A DNA stretch of 63,853 nt, the filler included, from Octopus bimaculoides (taxonomy: Eukaryota), in NCBI RefSeq assembly GCF_001194135.2. It is 5 parts of 5 records of this genome, joined end to end, with 100 filler letters (N's around TTAATTAATTAA, not from the genome) between each part and the next. Parts side by side here need not be neighbours in the genome. Positions count along the whole stretch, not along the records: positions 1 to 26,870 come from NC_068983.1; 4 more parts are not named here. The stretch is one strand, 5' to 3'. The notes under the pieces were generated by a model. It saw nothing but the letters and a program-made list of their open reading frames with translations. It was not told the origin of the DNA and ran no database searches. Positions within the stretch are counted from its first letter, which is position 1; every line of letters begins with the position of its first letter. Shown one piece after another: positions 13,015-22,766 of the stretch. A program made the position numbers and the translations under genes.

Positions 13015-13200
13015 TCAGTTCGTTTCGTTTAAGGCACACTTTTCCATGCTTACATGGGTCAGACGGAATTTATTGAGGCAGATTTTCCATGGCGGGTACT
13101 CTTCCGGTACTCTGCTTCCTAGGAAGGTAATATTCCCACATCGCCAGACAGGATTTCCCGAGCGATTAGAAGCAAACAACATCGCTCGTACTCTCTTTTG
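13015..13200 (-). mobile_element. Family D retroposon 3' end
   Basis: Reverse complement ...tctgcctcaataaattccgtctgacccatgtaagcatggaaaagtgtgccttaaacg matches 34826-34915. Confidence 0.6.
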
Positions 13201-13266
13201 CAATCATTAAAGGATATCAAGACAAGACCACAAACACGGACACGGACGGACACGGACAGGCGCGTG

Positions 13267-13339
<73 letters not shown>

Positions 13340-13341
<2 letters not shown>

Positions 13342-13432
13342 GACGAGTTTCTTTCAGTTTCCATCTACCAAATCCACTCACAGGGCTCTGGGACTATAAA
13401 TGTCACTGGCCCAAGGTGTCACGCAGTTTGGG
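13340..13432 (-). mobile_element. SINE family B fragment
   Basis: ttctttcagtttccatctaccaaatccactcaca...ggcccaaggtg. Confidence 0.7.
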
Positions 13433-14171
13433 CAAGAGTTTTCCTGTNNNNNNNNNNNNNNNNNNNNNNNNNNNNNNNNNNNNNNNNNNNNNNNNNNNNN
13501 NNNNNNNNNNNNNNNNNNNNNNNNNNNNNNNNNNNNNNNNNNNNNNNNNNNNNNNNNNNNNNNNNNNNNNNNNNNNNNNNNNNNNNNNNNNNNNNNNNNN
13601 NNNNNNNNNNNNNNNNNNNNNNNNNNNNNNNNNNNNNNNNNNNNNNNNNNNNNNNNNNNNNNNNNNNNNNNNNNNNNNNNNNNNNNNNNNNNNNNNNNNN
13701 NNNNNNNNNNNNNNNNNNNNNNNNNNNNNNNNNNNNNNNNNNNNNNNNNNNNNNNNNNNNNNNNNNNNNNNNNNNNNNNNNNNNNNNNNNNNNNNNNNNN
13801 NNNNNNNNNNNNNNNNNNNNNNNNNNNNNNNNNNNNNNNNNNNNNNNNNNNNNNNNNNNNNNNNNNNNNNNNNNNNNNNNNNNNNNNNNNNNNNNNNNNN
13901 NNNNNNNNNNNNNNNNNNNNNNNNNNNNNNNNNNNNNNNNNNNNNNNNNNNNNNNNNNNNNNNNNNNNNNNNNNNNNNNNNNNNNNNNNNNNNNNNNNNN
14001 NNNNNNNNNGCGTGCGTGCGTGCGTGCATGCGTGCGTGCGTGCGTGCGTGCGTGCGTGTGTGTGTGTGTGTGTGAAATTAAGCAACATCACACTTATACA
14101 ATCATATACTAACAAACACGTAATTTTCCTTCACCTAAACTTAGACATTTCAACCTTGAGGTGTCAACAAC

Positions 14172-14235
14172 CAAGAGTACGGCAGTGCAAGAGTACAGCA
14201 ATGCAAGAGTACAGCAATGCAAGAGTACAGGAGTA
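14172..14235 (+). repeat. 16-bp minisatellite x4
   Basis: caagagtacagcaatg units. Confidence 0.85.
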
Positions 14236-14500
14236 TAAGTATGCTGTTGGCTGAACCTCATCACGGTTAACTATTTTTGTTTTTAATCACATTTTGTTCG
14301 TTAAGTTTATTGACACAAGAATGGGCTTCGCTTTTCCGGTTTATATATCTGCATAGTTTGCACTCAGGTGATTGCTATTATCTTGCATTCCTCTTGCTTG
14401 GCATCTAACGCTTGGTATCTTTACATAAAGAGATACAGAATAGAGGGGGTTGAGAGAGAGGAGAGACAGGCAGACAGAGAGAGAGAGAGAGAGAGGAACT

Positions 14501-14553
<53 letters not shown>

Positions 14554-15029
14554 CTACACCAGTGTAATCCATGGACTTAGGAGTGCTCCCACGACATACC
14601 ACTTGTCTTAACCATTTTACACTTTGAAGAGCTCATCCCTCTCCACATCTGGCCATCACCAATTTCTTCTTGAAGGAGAGAAAGTGACATGGGCAAAATA
14701 GCGAAGCAGGGGGGAACATGTGATGGTAGACGTTGAAAACAGCCAATCAATATGACAGATCAATGAGTTCAATTGCCATCAGAGTGATTGAATTTATCGA
14801 ACTCTTACGTATTGGGAAAAGTTTTGTGTTGAAGAGTTTGCGTGGAAGATTAGGATTGTGGAGGGTGGAGGGTTGTATGAAGTTTGAGGTGCGTGGTAGG
14901 GATCTGAATGTGCCAGAAGAACTTCGGAATTGAGTAGTGTTTATGATAAAGAAACATGACACGTCTAAACAAAGTCAAAAGAATACATAAAAATTGTACA
15001 CAAACACCAGTTGGCCATTGACATTCAAG

Positions 15030-15063
<34 letters not shown>

Positions 15064-15160
15064 CGCCTACTTGTGCATGTATATATAGATAGATATTATT
15101 TCCTCGAACCTGCTAGCTTTGTGCTAAAAATTTGAAACCATTATTACTACTACTACTACC

Positions 15161-15207
<47 letters not shown>

Positions 15208-15210
15208 TAT

Positions 15211-15400
15211 TAAGGCAGCGAGCTGGCAGAATCGTTGACACGGTGAAAGAAATGTTGAGCGGTATTTCGCCCGTTGCTACGTTCTGAGTTCAAATTCCGC
15301 CGAGGTTGACTTTGCCTATCATTGATGTGAGGTCAATAAAGTAGGTATTCTCTAAGCACTAAGAGTCGATGTAATCCACTTAACCCTTTCCCCAAACTTT
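15211..15400 (+). mobile_element. SINE family A
   Basis: aaggcagcgagctggcagaatcgtt...gttctgagttcaaattccgccgagg. Confidence 0.8.
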
Positions 15401-15589
15401 GTCCCGCAATAATTCGAGCTTCATTCGAGCCACATATGTATTCTCTACAATATGTATTGAGTTCTCCTTTTTCATTCATTCGACATTAAGTAACATAAGT
15501 AATGATAAGTTCCTGAGTATTGAAAGCCCAGGATCCAGTTTTTCCCAGCTTCATACATGTTGAAATACCGAGGGTCTAATGAATCCTGC

Positions 15590-15720
15590 AATTGAACATT
15601 TAATTTCGCCGAAGTCGACTCTACCTTTCATCTTTTCGGATCGGATCAATAAAATTAGTACCAGTTACGACTTAATGCCTTCCCCCAAATTTGAGGCCTT
15701 GTGCTTCCAGTATAAAGGAT
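15590..15720 (+). mobile_element. SINE family A, 3' part
   Basis: gccgaagtcgactctacctttcatc...agtaccag...aaatttgaggccttgtgc. Confidence 0.75.
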
Positions 15721-15841
15721 TATATATANNNNNNNNNNNNNNNNNNNNNNNNNNNNNNNNNNNNNNNNNNNNNNNNNNNNNNNNNNNNNNNNNNNNNNNN
15801 NNNNNNNNNNNNNNNNNNNNNNNNNNNNNNNNNNNNNNNNN

Positions 15842-15986
15842 TGCATGGATGGATTTATATGAATGTAGAAATGTATAATGTTTTATATATATATATATAC
15901 ACACTCAAACACGCATACACATATATGTGTGCATGGATGGATTTATATGAATGTAGAAATGTATAATGTTTTATATATATATATAT
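15842..15986 (+). repeat. 88-bp tandem duplication next to a gap
   Basis: tgcatggatggatttatatgaatgtagaaatgtataatgtttta at 15842 and 15930. Confidence 0.8.
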
Positions 15987-17156
15987 CGAAACAAACGCTA
16001 CTACAAAACAATACCATTACTGTTTATTAGCCACCTTTTTTTTTCTTTTTTCTTTTTTCTTTTTTCATAAATTTATCTCTAATCTCCCACTTGTCACCTC
16101 TTTCTGTGAAAAACTAGTTTTGCTTGTAACTCACAGCTGACAGTTTTGATAATGAGTTAATTGGTTTCAAATCTCTATCATACCACTTAATATTTCGTTT
16201 TTATGCTTGTTTCTTTTGTTTGTTGGTTGGTTGGGTTTTTCGTTTGGGTTTTTAAGTTTTATTTTCTTCACATTCTTTCTTTCTTTCTTCCATTCCTTCT
16301 CTCTGGCCTTCCTACTTGATGGCGTTTTAAAGCAAAGAGGATTTGAAACGAAAGACATAAACGACATTTTATCGTTTCTCGCCTGTTTACTCAGAGATTG
16401 ATAAATAAACGCATGCAAATACATACATACACATATATATCCATATACACATAAGTACATAAACACATGCTTACATACATGTATATATACAAGCACACAC
16501 ATGCGCACACACAAACAGATACATATACATATTTACACATATTTGCACACATATAAATACATATACATACACACATACAACACACTTATAACACAGATGC
16601 ATACATATACATATACACACACACATACATACAACACACATATGTGCATATATACATAAGTACGGACACATACACATCTTCATACATACATACAGACAGA
16701 CAGACAGACAGACAGACAAGTTTACACCGAAATCAACTCCTAAAGCTCATTTGTAGCAAAGAAAGGTAAAAGTATCACGTGATTTGCAATGGCGTCCATT
16801 ACAGATTGGAGGACATCTTAAAACTAAAAGCATTGAGTGAGAGTTTATACAAACAAGGTTTAGCGTGAAGGAGAACTCTATTGCTGTTCCCAATGTAGTA
16901 CTGGTATTTGATTAACAGTGGTATGGTGTTGTTTAGTATTTGATGACAGGGGAATGACAAGAAGCATGCAGTACTGTGGGGATGAGAAATTTGCTTCACA
17001 ACCGCTTGATTCCAAGTTCAATCTCACTGCTCGGTGCCTGGCTGGAATGCCTTCTATCAAAACCTCCGGAAGAACAATACTTTGAGGACTAAATTTGGTA
17101 GAAGGAAATTTTTTTCAAAAACTTATATTTATGAATGTACGTGTGTATGTATGCAT

Positions 17157-17224
<68 letters not shown>

Positions 17225-18435
17225 ACATAGTGCTTAAGCACTATAAAAGTATATCTGCTGAATTTAAGATGAAAGTAAACTGACCGGAATTGGCGACAGT
17301 AAAATCCGATAATTTCGTGTAAATTTGATTAGATGGGTGATGGATATTCGGTTAGGCTGCGTGTTATTCTCATTTAAAAATCAAGTCACCATAAAGATTT
17401 CTCAACGGGTCACACTTATTTACATAAAGACATTACAGAGACTACTAAGAATGTTAAGCTAAATGTGCAGAGTGTTCGTGTGCTGAAAGAGGTAACAAAA
17501 TAAGTCTTCATTTCTGATGAGAAGCTCTTTTAACATGGCTGCCAGTAAACCAAGAATATAACGAACTCCGCTAAGCTTCTCTCTTCTCTAACTAGTCTTT
17601 CCTGTGCATGTCAATCTATGACCATATTTTGGCGAGAATTTGCGTAGAAATTGTCATTTCCACCATGTGATCACATGAATCCACCTGTCATATGATTGGT
17701 CGGAACACAGGGCAAAATCGTCTGACATTTCGTGGTCTTTTTCTTGTTACTGAGATATCAGGGTTTCAAACTCCAAGCATTCTGCTACCAGAGTGTTTGT
17801 CGGGATGTGAGCACAAATGAAAATAATAAAAGTGTAACGAAAATCATTATAAGGCAAAAAAAGCAATGTGTGCCACGTACCCAATAGTGGGGAAAAAACT
17901 AGCAAAGAAAAAACATCATAGAATAAATGCATAGAAATGGAATTCATGCCTAGAATGAGGTGACATGCAGAAAGTTATCTGCGAAAAACTGCAGGGTCAA
18001 AATGTTGCTGATATGAATATAGCACGCAGATAAAGTGTACTAGAAAGATAGAGAAAATTACATGAAAACTAGAGTAAAGTCTAAATTTTAAAATGCTAAC
18101 TGGCAATACAGCAAACAGGGCAAAGGATTAAAATGCAAAATACAAAAGCAAAAGGCTTTAAATTAACCCTGTCACACTGTATTCTCGCTAGAGCGGGAAT
18201 AGGTCAAACATCGTCTCTGCCGAATTCCTGGTGAAGCGGTAATGAACAACACAAGTAGAAAAAGATTACGCAACCGATTCGGTCCATTAGTTTGCCTGCA
18301 ATTGTTACTCTTGAGCTGTGTAAAACAACTATTTATTGTCCATATTTAGAGTTCATGAATGCAAAATTATAACACGCTGAGCACATGCAAAGAGAGAAAG
18401 GAACTAGTTATATACAATTATCTTCTTATGCACAT

Positions 18436-18501
<66 letters not shown>

Positions 18502-18553
18502 TTGTGTGTGTGTGTGTTGTGCATGATGAAGAAAATTGTTTGTGAGCAAGTAA

Positions 18554-18948
18554 GGATTCCACAAAAGCTTTCTTAAGCTTATCAATGTTAACTGCCTCTC
18601 GTTTTCCTTGAATGTGTTTGAGTGTCGTCTGAAGAACACAGTATGGACCAGAATATGAAGTGCTCAAAGGATGCTTTACTACATCATAACGGACGAAAAC
18701 ACAAGTCCAAGCCTTCACATCAGATGGACCATACGTTTTAATTGACTGAGCTCTCACAGTCATCGGAAATGAGTCCACCATGAAGCGTCGCAATCTTTGA
18801 ACACAGCCAATGGGACTGTGCCGCTGGTCATTTGTTCCAGCTGCCACCTGATCCGTACAGTACCGTACAGTAGTTCTGCTGGAAAGTAGCCATGGTCTTC
18901 TTTAATTGTTGTACGTAAACCGAATAATACAGCAGGAAGAGATTCTAA

Positions 18949-19011
<63 letters not shown>

Positions 19012-19104
19012 CGAGTCGACGTGCGCCCGTAAAGCTGCCTTGAGTTGACGATGAAAGCGTTCAGTTATCCCGTTGGAAGGAGGATGAAGGAGGCTGTAGT
19101 ACAA
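18554..19104 (-). pseudogene. Ty3/Gypsy integrase relic (core C-terminus plus GPY/F region)
   Basis: HPPSNGITERFHRQLKAAL...LPAVLFGLRTTIKEDHGYFPAELLYG, then VFVRYDVVKHPLSTSYSGPY...VNIDKLKKAF; interrupted by a (GA)n expansion. Confidence 0.85.
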
Positions 19105-19632
19105 ATTCGTTCTTAATAGGATAGTTTAATCAGTGAATTGATTAGATTCAAAATGTCGGTCGCTGTCTGTTGGGGTAGCATAACGGATCGCTACATAAAG
19201 AAGGAGTTCGCTAAATAGAATTAGGGGATTTCACCAGTTCTCTTCATAGAACTATGGGATGTCACTGTCGTNNNNNNNNNNNNNNNNNNNNNNNNNNNNA
19301 AACCCCTAAGTTGCATGTTAACCACAGAGCGTTCTTCGATCTTAGATAGAAAAATAGCATGATCTCCGAACAGAAACTTTTCTAAATTTCTTCTATAAGA
19401 AAGCTAAGTTTTTTTTTTGTTTTTTTTTGTGAGTGAATTAATTTTAAGAATATATTTGCATCTGTTTATTGAGATTACAATTTTGTTTTAGCATGAGCAA
19501 CAACATTAATGTTGAAATTCAAAATTGATTGCTAGAATTGGTACCAATTCTCTAAAGAAAAGAAACGTCAAATGTAGTTAAAAGTACATTATTTACATTT
19601 GACGGATATTTGTCCTCATCTTGTTTGTTATT

Positions 19633-19678
19633 AACACAACGTTTCGGCTGATATACCCTCAAGCCTTCATCAGGTGTC
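19633..19678 (-). ncRNA. Minimal type I hammerhead ribozyme motif (left arm)
   Basis: Minus strand reads GACAC CTGATGA A GGCT..AGCC GAAA C GTT GTGTT. Confidence 0.7.
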
Positions 19679-19823
19679 TTGGGGAAATTTCGAACCTGGG
19701 TTCTCATTCCTCAGGCATTTTTCGATGTTATTATTATTATTATTAAGGTCACCGCCTCGAATCTAACTCGGAATCTTGGGATTAGTAACCCGCGCTCTTA
19801 ACCACTATGTCATATGCCCGTGA

Positions 19824-19892
19824 GCATATGGCGTAGTGGTTAAGAGCACGGACTACTAACACTAAGATTCCGAGTTCGATTCCAGGCAGTGA

Positions 19893-19895
<3 letters not shown>
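19824..19895 (+). promoter_or_regulatory. tRNA-like Pol III internal promoter head
   Basis: A-box tggcgtagtgg (19829-19839) and B-box gagttcgattcc (19872-19883) with tRNA-like spacing. Confidence 0.75.
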
Positions 19896-19946
<51 letters not shown>

Positions 19947-19994
19947 ATGGAAAAATGCCTTAGGAATGAGGACCCTGGTTCGAAATTTCCCCAA

Positions 19995-20040
19995 GACACC
20001 TGATGAAGGCTTGAGGGTATATCAGCCGAAACGTTGTGTT
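19995..20040 (+). ncRNA. Minimal type I hammerhead ribozyme motif (right arm)
   Basis: Helix I GACAC/GUGUU, core CUGAUGA (20000-20006) plus extra A, helix II GGCU/AGCC, GAAA (20028-20031), palindromic AACGUU; predicted cleavage after 20035. Confidence 0.7.
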
Positions 20041-20641
20041 AACAACAAACAAGATGAGGACAAATATCCGTCAAATGTAAATAATGTACATAATTCCTCA
20101 TTTCTTAAATATAGAATTGTATGTAGTTAAAAGGTTATAAAATTTTCATTGGATATTTCAGCAAAGATTTTCCTTGATGACCTTAAGTGAGGGAAGCTGA
20201 CGTTGATAACAAATGAGAAGAATCGAAAGAGGTTCCCAATAAAATTAGCTTTCCATCTTCATTGATGGATACCGTCGATCAAGATAAGACAAGCTGGGTG
20301 AAAACTTTCACGTTTGGGGGACTTACGAAGTGGATTCACTTTACACTTACATTAGGAACACCGCGGTTGAGATGGAGAGAGAGAGATGAGGAAAGCGCAC
20401 GTCGTGTCTTTGTAGGCATATATGCATCTCTATTCGTGAGCGTGTGTGTGTGTGTGTGCGTGTGTGCGTGTGTGTGTGTGTGTGTGTGCACGTTATGTGT
20501 CTCTGCCTACGTTTGTATGCAAGTGCGTGTGACACGAGTATTACGTGGATAGATATATACGTATGTCAAAACGTACACGTGCGTGTATGTATATATGGGC
20601 GAAGGTGAAGAATATACACACCCGGTGTTTAGGGATAGAGT

Positions 20642-20692
20642 TTAGGGTTAGGGTTAGGGTTAGGGTTAGGGTTAGGGTTAGGGTTAGGGTTA
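20642..20692 (+). repeat. Interstitial telomere-type repeat (TTAGGG)8
   Basis: Eight perfect TTAGGG units plus TTA, preceded by degenerate units. Confidence 0.95.
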
Positions 20693-20734
20693 CGCTGAAA
20701 ACGGGTGGTGTGCGTATTCTTTATCTCCACCATA

Positions 20735-20766
<32 letters not shown>

Positions 20767-21332
20767 TGTGTGTGTGTGTTAATACGAATGAATACTGAGT
20801 TCTAACAACCGGTTATTAGTATTACTATACCCAAGCGATATAAAATGTGTGTGTATCTGTGTGTTTAAAGGCATTTAGTCACACAGATACAACAAAAACC
20901 GACATTAATACATAATAAAGACTGTGGACTGTTTAATGACGGAACCTATATGATGTAGAGAGAGAGAGAGAGAAAGAGAGAGAGAGGCAGACAGACAGAG
21001 ATATTACGAGTGGAGGGTAATAGGCCAGCATACAACCAGTGCATTCGATAAGGCGTACAGACTACTTCATTGAAATTTCAGTTAGCATCGCCCAATTTGC
21101 TGGCTTGGAACCAAAATAAGGAACACTATTTTCGTCGTGTCATTTCCGACTCTTAAAATGATAAATAACGAAACAACAGCACGAAAAATCAACAGAAAAT
21201 AAATACACAAATATTGATGAATGCCTAACTACACAGACACTACAAATAAATCGATTGAGGTCTATATATAGCTATATATGATATATAAAGGCAGTTAGTG
21301 GGCTAAATAAATAGATGGAGGGAGAGACAGAC

Positions 21333-21415
<83 letters not shown>

Positions 21416-21865
21416 GTGTTTAATTTGTGTTCAGCATAGGGACATATAAGCGCGTGTATGTATGTATCGATGGGTGTATATATACATATCTATGTGTGTA
21501 TATGTGTGCGTGCATTTGTATGTTACATATATAAGTATATATAAACATACTTATGTTACAGATATATACATATATATATATTTATTATGTTAGATATATA
21601 TATATATATATATATATANNNNNNNNNNNNNNNNNNNNNNNNNNNNNNNNNNNNNNNNNNNNNNNNNNNNNNNNNNNNNNNNNNNNNNNNNNNNNNNNNN
21701 NNNNNNNNNNNNNNNNNNNNNNNNNNNNNNNNNNNNNNNNNNNNNNNNNNNNNNNNNNNNNNNNNNNNNNNNNNNNNNNNNNNNNNNNNNNNNNNNNNNN
21801 NNNNNNNNNNNNNNNNNNNNNNNNNNNNNNNNNNNNNNNNNNNNNNNNNNNNNNNNNNNNNNNNN

Positions 21866-21918
<53 letters not shown>

Positions 21919-22766
21919 AATATGATATAGTATAATGTACACACATTTATTGTCGGTGATGATGGTTGTTGTATATATCCAGATTTATTGATATTATACA
22001 TATACACATAAAATATACATGTCTTAATATATAGAGAGAGAGGGAGGAGAGACGTGGGAGGGAGAAAGAGAGAATAATAATACATAGATACACACTTTTA
22101 AACACACGGGTCAGTGTGTTTATTTATGTGCGCATTGACAGGTACATAAATAGTTTGATCGATTCATTCATTGATTGACTGATTGAAAATAGATGTGAAT
22201 TAGGAGGAAGGAGTCTCTGTGATTTTCATCTTTTCTGTCCTTACCAACGTTTATTTGTACCTGCGCTTGTGGATGTGTACCTGTGAATGGGTGCATATGC
22301 GGCAGTATTTGTCCATGTTTAGAAATGTATATGGGTCAATAAATATATTAAAATCCTTGCATCGATATTCAATCGCGTATAGATCACTCCAATCGGCCGT
22401 ATGCCTCGTTAGAAAGATCGTTACTTTGTTCTGGGAAAAATTACATTGTAAAGATTACATTTCGCTTCATCGCAGTTGGGTGTTGTGGTGGGAAATATCT
22501 TGAAAGCTGAGCGGGAAAATCTCACTCTGAAGTCTTGAGTTTGATGTTGTTGAGTGGAGGAGGAAATTCCCTCACGCTTCCTATAAGAATGATGTCAGAC
22601 AATCACTGGTGACATTACCAGAAGTTTTCGGTTGGCAAGCTTTCACAGTAATATTTATTGAAGTATGTAAAATAAGGTACTTTGCATAATGATAATAATA
22701 GTAATAACAACAATCCTTTCTATTATAGGCACAAGGCCAGAAATTTCGGAGCAAGGTGCTAGTTGA

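Larger units (their letters stand above)
19585..20120. mobile_element. Head-to-head palindromic tRNA-headed element with hammerhead motifs (family F), direct-repeat flanked
   Basis: Arms 19584-19817 and 19824-20089 are inverted copies around a 6-nt spacer. atgtagttaaaag occurs at 19572-19584 and 20121-20133. Confidence 0.9.

Noticed and set aside
14172-14235. CRISPR-like array
   Set aside because: Contiguous tandem units without spacers in a eukaryotic context; a minisatellite.
14570-14960. Possible LINE 3' relic on the minus strand
   Set aside because: Only a vague SFKKKL-like hint; insufficient support.
17514-17520. Other CTGATGA heptamers (9724, 17514, 36331, 46591)
   Set aside because: No downstream stem-GAAA-NUH arrangement or helix I, so not hammerheads.
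17664-17677. 14-bp palindrome CATGTGATCACATG (double E-box)
   Set aside because: An isolated short palindrome is expected occasionally in 64 kb; no other support.
19824-19895. tRNA gene call for the family F head (likewise 27590 and 59880)
   Set aside because: No convincing acceptor stem or terminator; each continues into a repeat body, so these are SINE heads. The source tRNA was not assigned.
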